From assembly GCA_043228905.1 (NCBI GenBank), contig JBHGNT010000007.1:14384001-14448000 (forward strand): a DNA stretch of 64,000 bases. Reading direction: 5' to 3'. Position 1 is the stretch's first letter. The number at the start of each line of letters is the position of its first letter. The DNA comes from Azolla caroliniana (lineage: Eukaryota > Plantae > Polypodiophyta). Shown one piece after another: positions 24,737 through 38,000 of the stretch. Position numbers and translations under genes: made by a program. The notes beneath the pieces are model-generated. The model was given only the letters and a program-made list of their open reading frames with translations. It was not told where the DNA came from and did not search any database.

Positions 24737-27700
24737 ACGGGCATTATGATACGCCCATAGCGCGCTCTGGAGTTTGTCATCCCAATCGGTCCTGTTTTCA
24801 TTGACGATCTTCTTCAGTATGGTTTGGAGGATTTTATTGGTCGATTCCGCCAAGCCGTTCGCCTGCGGGTAGTATGATGTGCTTTTCTTGTGCACCACCG
24901 CGTAGTGGTGTGTAAGCTCACGTATTATATGATTGATGAAGTGCCCACCTTGGTCACTAACGAGCTCGATTGGGCATCCGTAATGGCACCAGAGGTGCTC
25001 GTACACGAATTTAGCCGTGGATGCCGCCGTGTTGTCTCGGAGTGCCTTAGCCTCGACCCATTTGGTGCAGTAATCCATGGCAACAATAATATACCTATTC
25101 CCTGTACGGGCTGCGGGTGGTTTGAAAGGGCCTACAAAATCCAAACCCCATTTTTGAAATGGGTCCAACGGAAGAATCGGCCGGTGTGGCATGCGTGACT
25201 GTTCCATTGGTTGCCCCAATCGTTGGCACAAATCGCACTGCCGGCAAAGCTCATGAGTGTCTCTCTTCGTTGTCGGCCACCACAATCCACTTTGCCAAAC
25301 TTTCCTTGCCTTGGAATCCCTGGCGTAGTGCCCCCCAGCTACTCCCTGGTGGGCCTCCTAAAGAACGACGTTCTTCTCGAATTGCTGAATCGCTCGGCGC
25401 CATATGCCGTCCGAGCCTTTGTGGTACAGAATGTCCGAGACGAGGCAAAAATTCCGGCTACGCACTGCTAGGCATTTTCTCGTGTCAAGGGGCATGTGCT
25501 TGGGAGGTAAACCGGTAGTGAGAAAATGGGTCATCTCTGTGATCCATTCATCTTCGTTATCGTCTGGTATCGTGGTCAGGTTAAATAGGCTGGCTTCCGG
25601 TAGCTCGTCGTACGTTGTTTTCGCCGGTTCCCCTGACTCAAGACGCCTCAAGTAGTCGGTGACGACATGTTGTACCCCAGGTCAATGCTGAATCTGGAAA
25701 TCAAACTCTTGGAGTAGGAGCATCCACCGAGCCAACCGTCCGGTGCGGGCTTGTTTATTGACCAAATAAAGTAGGGCCGAGTGATCCACGTGAAAGGTAA
25801 ATTTTCGGCCCAAGATGTAATGCCGGAATTTATTGACGCTATAAATCATACCGAGGGCCTCCCGCTCGGTGGTAGAGTAATTCTTTTCTGTGGTCGAGAG
25901 CCGTCAGCTGGCGTAGTACACGGGCCTATACCAATTCGGGGGTGTGCATTGCATCAGGGCACTTCCGATGGCGATGTCCGAAGCATCTACGAAGACATGA
26001 AACGGTTCGGACCAAACCGGAGACTGGACCACCGGGGCATGTGACAGGATTAGTTTTAGGGTCTGATAGGCCGTGTCCTCGATTGACGTCCATTGGAAGG
26101 GAAGGCGATGGACTGCCGCGTGTAAAGGTGTCGCGAAATCAGCCAAGTGTCATATCATTCGGCTGTGCCACCGGATCTATCCCAAAAAACGGCTCAGTGC
26201 CTTAGCGTTCGAGGGTGCGGTGGCGGTCAGGATTGCCTTTACTTTATCTGGGTCCATAGCGATGCCTTCTTGACTGACAATGTGGCCGAGAAGGTTGCCG
26301 CTGGTGACTAAGAACGCGCATTTCGCCATGTTTAAACTCAATCGAGCTTGGCGACATCGGTCCAAGCAGGAGTCGTAACTGGGTCATGTGTTCCCGTCGA
26401 TGGCCATACACGGCGAAATCGTCGAGAAAGACTTGCATGAATGCCGGGATGTAGTCATGAAAGATTTCGGTGATGATGCGCTGGAACGTAGCCGGCGCCG
26501 TTTTTAGACCGAACATCATTACTTCTGCTACAAAAACACCCCATTCCGTGCCGAAAGCGGTTTTCTCCTGATCCTCCGGGTGCATTCTTATCTGGTTATA
26601 GCCGCTGAACCCGTCGAGGAAATTGTAGCATTCGTGGCCTGCTACCGTGTCGAGGACGCTCTCCGTGAATGGGAGAGGGAAACCGTCGGTGACTGTTGCC
26701 GCGTTAAGCTTCCGATAGTCGACGCAGACGCGGATTTTTCCGTTATTCTTTGGGACAACTACGATCGGGCTCAACCACGTGGCCTGTTTAACAGGACGAA
26801 TGAAGCCCACTTGGAGTAGTTTGTCGATTTCCTCCTTGACTTTAGCGGCGTAGTTGGGGTTCATCCTGTAGTGCCTCTGCTGAACCGGCCGACTGTCGGG
26901 TAAGATGTGAATTTGATGTTGGTAGTATTGAGGATCCAGCCCCTTCATATCGGTGTAAGACCAAGCGAAAACATCCTGGTAGTCGGTGAGCAATCGTACG
27001 AGGCATGCCCGTTCTCTGGTTGGTAGATTATTGGCAATTTGTAACGTATGGGGATTCTCGTCCGAACCGAGGTTTATTGTTTCCAGGGTTGATGCTTTCA
27101 CTCATTGTGAAATGGCGAGTTCGCGTTCGAAAGCCTCCCGAGCATGACGTAGCTCGGCAACTGTGGTTGGATCTGGTTCATCTTGGGGTGGTGACTCCTC
27201 CGTGACTTCCTCGTCTTTAGGTGGCTCGATGGTTGGTAAGGCATTGATTTCGAAGAGAGGGATGATCATGGGATGATCATCTAGGAAGTCATCGACCTCC
27301 TCATTGGCCAAACCGTCAAGCATATGGACCCCTTCTGTGTATAACAGCGAAGTGTTGAGGGCGACGGGGACTCGTTCTTCAGTGATGATTCGGACTTTTG
27401 TCTTGCCTTTTCAGAACGAGATCATGTTGCGTTGCCAATGTTGCTTGATATTCGTTGTACGCAACCATGGTTGACCTAGTAACATTGGGTAGGCGCCTTG
27501 TGTCTCCAGTCTTAGCACGACGGCCGAGATCGTGAACATGTGGCCTTCGAGTGTGAAGTCGAGATGGCGGATTAAACCAATGGGGCGAACGGAGCAGGTG
27601 TCGGCCATCCGAAGCCAAAAAGGGCATGGTTCCCATTGATTCAGGCCTAGGTTGAGACACGTTGATTCACTAATAACGTTTACGCTGGATCCGCCGTCGA

Positions 27701-29474
27701 TGATGCATCCGTGCAGGTCTTGTCCCTTAATGATGATTTGCACGGCTGGGTTCTGAGAATCCATGAGTGGTGGACCGGTTCCTGCTTCGGTGAGGTGTAC
27801 CAGTGGCGTCACGGGCTTAGTATTGGCCTGGAGTGCCACCAGGGTGTCCCAAAATCTCGGCATGAGTGGTAACAGTTTATGTAGGGGCAGCGAGTTGCGG
27901 GAATTGGTAAGAACATCCCATAGCTAGTCGTCCTCCGACGACGTGGATGGTGCCGAGGTTTGTGGTGCTTCACTGGGCCCGTCTCTCATTTTAGTTTGCA
28001 TGCGTACGACATTATTTTTATTGGCTGTGTCGATCCATTCTTTTGCTGCCTAACGGACTTCATCCTGGATTTGCCACTGAGTAGTCTGCGCTTTACTCCG
28101 GGTAGTGACCGTTTGAACATCGGCCATGATACTGTTCACCGTGGGTGCCTTGCCATGGTTGGTTGTTGGACATTGCGTGGCGTAGTGGCCTAGTTGGTTA
28201 CATTTAAAACATGTCACGTTGGCCGAGTTGTTGGTGTCCGCTCGGTTTGTGTGTGGAAGCTGTTGTTGATTCTCAGTCTCGTTTGGTGGTGGGTTGTTCC
28301 GAGGTGCGTTGTAGTTGCGCTGGTCATTTTGAGGAGTGTCTCGTCGGCGGTTGTCGTTAGGTCTTCTATTGTTGCGTGTGTTGCGGTTGTCGTTTCCCCG
28401 ATCAATGCGTGAGTTCCGTCAGTCATACCGGTCATTGCGATCGTCATCATATCGAGCATAATCGTCGTGCCGGTCATCGCGATAATGATCATGGCGGTCA
28501 TCACGTCGGTAGTCGTCGTCTCGGCGCCGTCGATCCAGGGATCGCGGTCGGTCGTTATCCTGTTCTTGGTAGACATATCGCTCGTCCTGCCGAGATTATG
28601 TATTTCGTGGCTCGATCTGGCGGACCGGTGCCGCCGTTGTGCGGTTCAGCCTATTATATTCGCACTGCTCGACCGTGTGAGCTCAAGACTGATAGATCAG
28701 ACATTATGGTCGGTGGGGACATTCGAGGGCCAGGTGCCTTGATCCTGAACACGCCGTGCATTGGAGGGCTTGGCGAAAGCGATTGTCCTCTTGGGGAAGA
28801 GCGTTTTGCAAGGATGTCATCGAGAAGGCCGCGCCGTGTTGGGTCCGATCGAGGGCGAGAACCCACGCTATGACTTGTTCGATAGTATGGTTGGCAAAAT
28901 TTGTAAGTGCGAGAGTTGTTCGGAGACGCTCTCGTAAACTGGATAGGAAAGTGTCTGGTATATGTTGTGCCGAGACATCATCGCCCACTTGTCTGTAGAG
29001 ATCCTGGAACCAGATCGTGAACTGCATGACCGTTTTATGCAGTTCCTGGCATATAGAGAAGAATTGCCGAGCCAGTTCCCGTTTAGGCACCTCGCGATGA
29101 AAAAGTTCAAGAAACTTTGTGCGCACGATTTGGAAAGTGGTGGCCTCTCCTATTTTGAGGCGAGAGTACCAACGTGCGGCCGGTCCATCGAGGGAGAGTG
29201 TGAACTCGGCAATCTTTGAGGCATCAATTTCGGCCGGTGTGAGGCGGTGCGTTGAGTGGTTGGCCTGCCACGTGGATATGAAGGCACGGATGTGTGACTC
29301 CGCATCTGGTCCGTCGGTGTATCGTGGGTATGGGTACGGCATGATGTCATACTCTAGGTCTTCTGGTAGCACCGGAAAAGGGTTTAGTTCCGGTTGATTG
29401 ACCTCCGGACGGCTCGACAAGGGTTTTGGTGGTGAATCAACTCGCGATCGAGTGTCCGGTGGCGAGGATTGCAC
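24737..29474 (-). pseudogene. gag-PR-RT-RH-INT of element B, degenerate
   Basis: gag 28704..29474 with zinc knuckles; protease IIDGGSSVNVI; RT 26244..27101 (LDGFSGYNQI, FLDDF); RH VDASDIAIG; integrase 24737..25285 (WGLDFVGP, SDQGGHF, YPQANG). Confidence 0.93.
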
Positions 29475-29647
29475 TGGGGAAGCCTCCGATTGCTCGGGAC
29501 AGGATTGGTCAGTGACCGCCGAGACGGAAGTTCCTTTGACTGGCTCAGGGCGTCGGGCGGGTGGCCGAGACCTCGTGGTGCAATAGGGCGCCGTAACAGC
29601 GGCTGGTGGTTACCTTCAACAAAGTTCGTTGTGCACTCACAGCTGAA

Positions 29648-29660
29648 ACCGGGCGTGCCA
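29648..29660 (-). other. Primer-binding site of B (tRNA-Arg type)
   Basis: Minus strand TGGCACGCCCGGT 5 nt inside the 5' LTR; resembles the TGGCACGCCC tRNA-Arg(UCU) PBS of Tat/Ogre-type elements (recalled, not searched). Confidence 0.75.
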
Positions 29661-29665
29661 AATTG

Positions 29666-30125
29666 TGTTACCCGTTCCTTTGGGTGAACACCTTCGATAG
29701 ATCTATGGCTATCGGTATTCAAGGGCGTGGTACGTGAAGCCTCATAACAGAGGCGTGGAGAGAGAGAGATAGTGCTTAGAGAGAAAACACTAGCGGGGCC
29801 CTGATAGGCGTGGGCGGCACTGAAATCATAGGTATGAATCAAAGCACAGACACATGGAACAAACTGGACACAATTCAGATATATTACTGCAACAGAAAAA
29901 AGATTACAGAACACGGCCTACGGCCGGTGACCTTACAAGATTATCTAGTTACGAGGGACTCACCTAGTGCTTCCGCCTATATCTTTCTTCTCCCTCCCTC
30001 TGAGGTACTGGTCCTCGTTTAAATAACTTTTCCCCTAATACACAGCCGAGCCATCGGTGGCCCGTGATACTCGGACTCGGCGTTTGCTAATTTCCTAATT
30101 TTACATTTCTGTCCTCTGGACAACA
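29666..30125 (-). repeat. 5' LTR of element B
   Basis: Direct repeat of 13671-14128; followed on the minus strand by a PBS. Confidence 0.95.
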
Positions 30126-32748
30126 GCAAAGGCCTTCGCCAGAAGGTCGATCTATCTGGTAGGGGATCTATACTCGGGGTACAACCAGTTCCAACTAGCC
30201 GTGGAGATCATGGATATTACGACGATGCAGACTCCTCTCGGCCTAGTACAGATGTGTACCTTGCCGCAAGGAGGGACCAACTCGGTGGTGCACATGGTGA
30301 ATGCTATAAACAAAGTGTTGAGAGACTGCATCCCGGACATCACCATGCCATTTTTGGACGACATACTGATAAAAGGGTGTCCGGTGGAGGATAAGGATGA
30401 GTCGGTTTCACCGGACGGTTGCCGGAGGTTTGTTGCGGACCACATCAAAGACTACGAAAGGGTGCTACAAAGGCTAGAGAGCGCGTGACTAACCTTCTCC
30501 GGAGAAAAGTCGGCTTTCAGTCAATCAAAAATCTTAGTGGTTGGTCACATGTGTGGGCCTTATGGCCGGAAACTGTCTCCGGCAAAGGTCGAAGCCATTT
30601 GTGCGATGAAGGAAGAATGCAAGTCAGTAACGGAGGTGCGGAGGTTCCTGGGGGCGAGTGCGTTCTACGACATCCGGGTTCCACATTACGCGCACATCGC
30701 GGAACCACACTACGGGTTGCGAAAGAAAGGGCGCTAATTCGACTTGGGCGGGGGACATATGGAGTCGGTCCAGAGATTGAAAGAAGTGCTTACCGTGGCA
30801 CCGACACTCCATAAAGCGGTTTACGGCAAGAACGTTCCAATCTATGTAACCGTAGATACGAGCCCGACCGGGATAGGATGGGTGATCGGTCAGGAAGACG
30901 AGGGCGGCACACGGTTCCCTATCCGGTTCGGAGCAAAGGTACTCGGTAAGTGGCAGCTAGGATACGCCCAAGTTAAGTGGGAGTTCTGGGTATTGTTTCG
31001 GCGGTCAAGGCCGACAAAGATTATCTTATTGGGACGGAGGTAATAATCGAGATAGACTGCCTACCGATCCTCGGAATGGTTTCTAGATGCGCGACGCCGG
31101 ACTTGGCAATGCTCAGGTAGATCGCGTACATCAAGTCCCTGATCCGGAGCTACGACACATCTCCGGAAAGGACAACATCATGGCTGACATGCTTTCGAGA
31201 GTGCGGTTCAATGACGAGGACGACATGGTTTTGGAGGACGAAAAAGTCGGTGAGGACTTCTTCGAGTCAGCTTACCTGATAAGGGTAGGGAGCACCCCGG
31301 TGCTTAATGAGTTTCATGAGGGTGAATACGAAGGGGAGTGGCTTAGGATTGGTAGATTCCTGAAGACAATGACGTTAGATGCCGTGTGGACGAAAGACGA
31401 AGCTAACCGGGTCCGGAAGAAAGCGTATTGGTTCTTCCTGCGGGACGAAAACCTATGGAAGCATCCGAAGAAGAGAGGCAGTGTCCCACTATGAGTAGTG
31501 GCAGGAAAGGAGGAGCGGGAGATGCTACTCGCGGTGTACCACGAGAGTCCTTGGACCGGTCACCGCGGGACTTGGGCCACATTCGAGAAGCTAAAGGAGA
31601 AGTACTGGTGGTCGGGGCTATACCGGGACGTGCACCAATTTGTGACGACATGCGAAAGCTACCAGATGCACTCCACGATCCGGCATCGAGACGAGCTGCA
31701 CCTGACCTACCCACCGACCATCCATTTCAAGTGGAAGGTAGATTTGGTGACGATGCCGATGGGGGTAGGACAGATGCGGTACCTGGTGTTGGCGCAAAAG
31801 GACTTGATGAACCAAGTGCAGGGCCGCGCACTGCAGAATAAGATGATTATGGCGGTGTGCTGATTCCTAATTGAGGAGGTGGTGTGCATGTACGGGTGCG
31901 TAGGAAAGATTGTGGCAGATGGGGGGGAGTTCGACGCACAGGAATCTAAAGAGCTATTCGACATGTTAGGGGTGAAGCTCTCTCTCAATACGGCGTAAAC
32001 TCGGAGGCGAACGGAAAGGTAGAACGCGGACATGGGCCGATCGTGAAGGCTTTAGTAAGCGCATGTGGAGGACAGGTCGGGAATTGGCCACGACTCCTTC
32101 CTTATGCACTATGGGCAGACCGGATGATGCATAGTTTAGTGACCGGGTACATGCCGGCAGAGCTGACGTACGGGCAGAAACCGGTCATGCCGGTGGAACG
32201 GACAATTTCCTCGTGGGCGGCGATAGATTGGAGGAATGAGATGAGCCGGGAAGAGCTGTTGCCGGCGCAGATTCGACAGCTCGAGCGAAGACCAAAGGAC
32301 GTGGAGCGGGCAAAGGCGAAGCTGCAAACAGTGAGGGAGAGGAACAAAGGCCGGTTCGACCGAACACACCGGCTGCAGCCAAAGAAGATCGAAGAAGGTG
32401 ATTGGGTGTTGGTGTATGACAACAGCCTCGACAACCAGCACAAGGCGACGCTCAAATTCGCGAGGAGGTGGTTCGGGCCCTACGTTGTAGTGAGCGCGAA
32501 TGACAATGGCACCTACCATCTTTCGGAGCTCGACGGGACGCGGTTAACAGTACTGGTAACCGGGAAGCGGATCAAGGCGTTCAAGAAGCGGCACAAGGAC
32601 GAGCCGGACCTGGGGAGCGAGGACGACGATGAAGGTTGGTTCAGAGCGGACGAAGGATCGGGGAGCAACGAGTAGAGGCGAGCCGGTTTCTCTAGTAACT
32701 GTTCCTCTCTGGTGCATACCAGTGGATACGCGGTTTAGTGGGGGTGGA

Positions 32749-33303
32749 TGTCGTGGAGAAAACTAGCCATAGGAGGAAACGGGGGGAAAAAGACGCAGGA
32801 ACCAACCCTTATGCGTGGCCGCACTATTTATTAAGTTGTAAATATACTAGGTAGTATGCGTTAATTGTCTAGGGAATCCAAGCGTATCTCTGTCCGACGG
32901 GACAGAGGATGAATGTATGAAATCAAGGGTGCAACGGTCTTCCCCGGTGGCCTATAAAAGGGAGGGGAGAAGACTGATATAGGGATCGCGCTTTTTTTTT
33001 AGAGAACGAAGTGTTGTCGAACTGGGAACCGAGCTCTCTCCTTCACTATCATTGTTGCTCCTGCAAGGATTTTCGGGTTAGGTTGGTTGCCTCTGTTGTG
33101 TGAAAGCCCGTGTGCTTCTGGTAGAGGCTCCACTGCGTGTGTTCGTTTGTGTTGAGTCTGTAACCAGCTTGCCGATTGTAACATTGCAAGCTCTGTAATC
33201 TATATTGTTATTGGAATCTCTCTCCCTCTTCTCTCTCGCGCTCCTCAGTTCAGGGGCCCGCGGTCTCGCCTTATTTCACACGCGAGAGCGTAACAACACG
33301 ACA
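32749..33303 (+). repeat. 3' LTR of A3
   Basis: PPT GTGGGGGTGGA then TGTCGTGG...CACGACA; TATAAAAG at ~32953; last 37 nt match the remnant at 10880-10916. Confidence 0.88.
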
Positions 33304-35073
33304 TTGGTCATGAGGGAGATCTTGATGCCTAACCGATTGAACAACGCCTCAACTTCCTATGCGTCCAATTCCGCTCGATTGGCTACTATATTCTTGACCC
33401 ACCCGTACCGACAAACACGTCCTCGATCAGAACTAGCATACAACCGTGGTCGTTTTGTTTGTGAGGGCTTAGCCCTCCACCTGATTCGTCAAGTCCTCTA
33501 GTGCAAGCACCAGATATCCCATCTGCCCTACCCCCATCGGCATTGTCACTAAATCGACCATCCACTTAAAGTGAACGGTTGGCGGGTAGGTCAGGTGCAC
33601 CTCATCATAGTGCCGGATTCCGGAATGCATCTGACAGCTCTCACATGTTGTCACGAAGTAGTGCACATCACAATACACTCTCAGCCACCAATACTTCTCC
33701 TTCAACTTCTTCAACGTGGCCCATATGCCCTGGTGTCCAGACTGGGGGCTTTCGTGAAATTTCGACACGAGCACCGATTGTTCCTCTTTGTTTGTCACCA
33801 CCTGGAGCGGCATGGTGGTCTGCTTCTTCAGATGCCTCCATATCTTACCATTCCGTAGGAAGAACTGGTATGCCTTCTTCCTTATCCGACCCAGGTCCTC
33901 CTTTGTCCACCACGTGTCCGGGGCCATAGTGCTTAGGAACCACCCGATTTGAAGCCACTCCCCATCGTAGTCGTTCTAGTTGAACTCATTCAAGGCCGAT
34001 TCAACGAAGTCCACGCCGATTTCTTTGTCCTTCGACACCATGTCATCCTCATTGTTGAACCATGCTCTCGAAAGCATATCGGCCATGGCGTTGTCTTTTC
34101 CGTAGATGTGCCATATCTTTGGATTGTGTGACTTGATATATGTGATCCACCTGAGCATCGCCAAATCGGGAGTCGCTCATCCGAAAACCATGCCGAGAAT
34201 CGGCAGGCCATCAGTCTCAAGTATCACTTTTCTCCCTATCAAGTAATCTTTGTCGGCCTTGACCGTCGAAAAGATATCCCACAGTTCGTTTAAATTGGGC
34301 GTATCCTTGTTGCCACTCGCTTAGCACCTTCGTCTAGAACCGGATTGGGAACCGCGTGCCGGCTTTGTCCTCCTGATTGACCCCCCACCCAATTCCGGTC
34401 GGACTCGTATCCACAGTCACGTAAACTAGGGGTGTGTGCCTTGTACACCGCTTTCCGGAGAGCCGGTGGTGCCACCGTTAGCCTCTCCTTCAGTCTCTGA
34501 ACCGCTTCCATGTGATCTCCTTTCCATTCGAACTTCAGTAGAGCGGCTCAGCGATATGCGTGTAGTGCGGAATCCAAATGTGGTAAAAGGCACACGCTCC
34601 CAGGAACTGTCGGACCTCCATGACCGACCTACAGTCTTCCTTCATCGCCGAGATAATTCTACCTTTGTCGGAGACGGTTTCTGGGAGCTAATTAACTGCA
34701 TATATAAGTCACTTATAACTTAGGTAAAAAGTAAGTAGTAAAATGTGAGAAAAAGTGTGAGAGTAGAGAGAAGGAAGAACAGAAAACAGAAAACTGATGA
34801 GAGCGAGTCGAGCTCTATGTGTAATGCAATAGACGCTTTTGGACTGTGCAGAGGTAAGTCTCCTTCACCGTCCCCTTCTATCTTGAGCACTAATGATCCA
34901 GCACATCATGATCCGTTGTGCACATAGAAGAGTTGTAGTGCCTTCATAACATGGTATCAGAGTAGAGTTGCTCGTAGAGAAGATTAGAACAGTAAAGATC
35001 TGAGAAGTTTGGTTCTAGTTGCTGATCTGAATCAGAGAGTTGTATGTTAAGTTGATCATAACAAAGGCCCTAA

Positions 35074-38000
35074 TTGAAAGACAGAATTACTGCTGAGAAT
35101 GGAAGCCAAATAGTCACAGAAAAGTTGGATAAAAACAATTTCCCGACATGGAAATTCAGAATGACAAATTTCCTGATGGGAAAAGGATATTGGGATTATA
35201 TTGAGGGAGACCTAGAAGAGGCTCTAGAGATCCCTGAAGAAAATGCAACTGCTGCACATATTAAAGCATTTAAGGAATGGAATCAAGGGGCAAGAAAGGT
35301 ATTGCATTGGCTCTCACTTAGCATCTCGGATTCAATGCTTGGACACATAAAGGATGTTATACTTCCAAAAGAAGCTTGGGATAGTTTGGTAAAACTGTTT
35401 GCACCGAACACAAATGCTAGAAAGGTTCAGTTGAAGACTAAGCTAAATACCTTGGAGAAAGGTAAGATGTCAGTGAATGAGTATGCTCTGAAAATAAAGA
35501 GCATATGTGAATCACTTGCTTCTATTAATGTGAAGGTAGAAGATAATTATAAGGTGGAAATATGCTTAAGAGGCTTAGGACCTCAATATAAAAGCTTCAA
35601 AACATCTATTCTCACAAGGGATAACATCCCAAGTTTTCCAGATCTGGGTTCAATGCTTATGGTGGAAGAAAGAAATAAGATGGATGATGTAAACAAAGGA
35701 AACTCTAATACTGAGGGGCAAGCCCTCTACAATAGTGTTGGAAGAGGCCGAGGAAGAGGCCATGGAAGTTTTGGTTCAGCTAGAACCAACAACAATTATC
35801 AAGGAACAGGACAACAAGCTTTAAGTGGAAGAAACAACATTAGAGCTGGAGGGAGAAATCGAGGAAGAGGTAAGCAAACTTATTTGAATGATGATGGCTA
35901 TTGGTATTGTGGAAAAGCAGGCCATACACAGGCTGAATGCTATAAAAAGAAAAATGATGAAAAAAGAGGGAAGAGACAACAAAATAACTATGCTTCAACT
36001 AGTGAAGACTGTGATAAAGATGGTGCATTTGTGATGCAACATGAGACAACAGCAGTGGTTGAATGTTCACAGAGATGCAATGAAGAGTTTATGTGGTATG
36101 TAGATTTTGGGGCATCTAATCATATGACAGGACATGCAAACTGGTTTGAAAGTCTATGAGAACAAGAGATTCTTGGTTATGTACAGACAGGTGATAATAC
36201 TACTCACCAAATAGAGCATGTTGGAGATATCCCATTGTGGGAAGAAAAAGGAAAAACAAAGTATGTGATGAATGTGATGCATGTTCCAAACCTTGCAAAA
36301 AATCTTATTTTTATTGGACAAATAGTAGAGCAAGGAATGCAAGTTAAGTTCAAGCAAAGTGGATGCTTTATAGAGAAACAGGGAAAACTTATTGCAAAAG
36401 GAAAACGTCAAGGAAGGATGTTTGTGTTAGATGTGGATATATGCCTAAAAAGATTACAACCATGTTTGCAAAAGGAATGAGTGTAATCTCATATGTGGAA
36501 ATGTGGCATAAAAGAATCGGTCACATAAGTATGCAAACATTGAAAAATATGTTGAGGAAAAATGTAGTGGCTGGACTGCCTAAGCTCAAAGACTGTGAGA
36601 TGAGCAAAATATGTGAAGCATGTCAATATGGAAAGCAAAACAGGTTTCCTTTCCCTCATGAAAGACATGTAAGCAAAAATTTGTTGGATTCGGTACATAC
36701 AAATGTATGGGGACCAACAAAAAATGCATCAATTAGTGGATGTAAGTTTTATGTAACTTTCATTGATGATTGATCAAGGAAAACATGAGTTTACTTCATG
36801 AAAGAAAAAAGTGAAGTATTTGATTGTTTCCGTAAGTTTAAATGCATGTAGAAAAGCAGGTTGGAACTAGAATAAAATGCCTAAGATCTGATGGAGGAGA
36901 ATACTTCTCAAATGAGTTTTCTTATTTTCTATCGATGACTGAAAAAAATATGCTATTGTATTATTGGGCAGAAGTTGTAAACACAACAAATTATATTCTA
37001 AATAGATGTATAACATCTGGAGTGCATCAAGTAACTCCTAAAGAATGTTTCTATGGAAGGAAACCTAGTTTAGGACACTTAAAAGTGTTTGGATGCCTTG
37101 CCTATGTTCATGTACCTGTTGAAGTAAGAAGTAAGCTTGATCCAAAAGCTGAAAAATGTGTTTTTGTTAGATATTCAGAGGAACAAAAAGGGTATAGATG
37201 TTATAATCCTTTGACAAAAAAGATTTTGGTAAGCTGTGATGTAATATTTGATGAGTTGAGCTAGTTGTACAACCAAAAAAGGAATGTAGAAACTGATGAA
37301 GACTGTGAAAATGAAGATAGAGAAAAATCTGAAAATGGAAGAGATTGCCATGGAGATGGAAACAACGTTGGACCATCTGGAAGCTCAGGTAATAAATTTG
37401 AATCTAATGCATGGAGTGGAAAAAATGGCAGAACCAAAAAATATGATAATAGAAGATGCCAGAATATGAAATGCTTGATGATGGGTTTGGAAACATGGAA
37501 GATGTAGATTCAGATACATCATTGGATGATGAGCTTGGTATAGGAGCCTTCAAAATTCCTGGTATGGAAAAAGCAATGAAAGATGCAAATCAGAAACTGA
37601 GAAGATTAGATAGAGAGAAATATTTTTGAAAGATTTGGTTATGACACATATATGGCTATGCATTATGCATACATGTCTAAAGTGGTACAAATCCTTGATC
37701 CAAATAGTTTTGATGAAGCAAAATCTAATAAGAAATGGGTGAATGCAATGCAAGAAGAAATAGATGCATTGGCTGAAAACAGAACATGGGATTTGGTGAA
37801 GTTACCGAAAGGAAAAAGTGTTGTAGGTTGCAAATGGGTGTATAAAACAAAGCATGATTCCAATGGAAATGTTAGTAGACATAAAGCAAGACTTGTGGCA
37901 AAGGGATATGCCCAGATGCATGGAATTGATTATGATGAAACATTTGCACTGGTTGCAAAGATGGTAACATTGAGAACAATACTTGTTGTGACTGTAGCTA

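Larger units (their letters stand above)
13671..30125 (-). mobile_element. Non-chromoviral (Athila/Tat-like) Gypsy element B with extra 3' ORF; ~9.2 kb excluding nested C
   Basis: Direct LTRs 13671-14128 and 29666-30125 (TGTT...AACA, ~21 differences by eye); 5-bp TSD GCAAA (13666-13670, 30126-30130); gag-pol on minus strand. Confidence 0.95.
10880..33303 (+). mobile_element. Gypsy family-A element A3 (degenerate; 5' LTR almost entirely deleted), interrupted by element B
   Basis: LTR remnant 10880-10916, PBS TGGTGAACCCAACGTGAA 10923-10940, gag/PR to ~12829, RT split at 13670/30131 (TINEFA|KAFARRSIY), RH-INT to 32675, PPT, 3' LTR 32749-33303. Confidence 0.9.

Noticed and set aside
34682-34700. 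TG at 34682 as the true start of the Copia 5' LTR
   Set aside because: The 3' LTR is about 150 bp longer and no TSD is found; a microhomology deletion probably removed the start.
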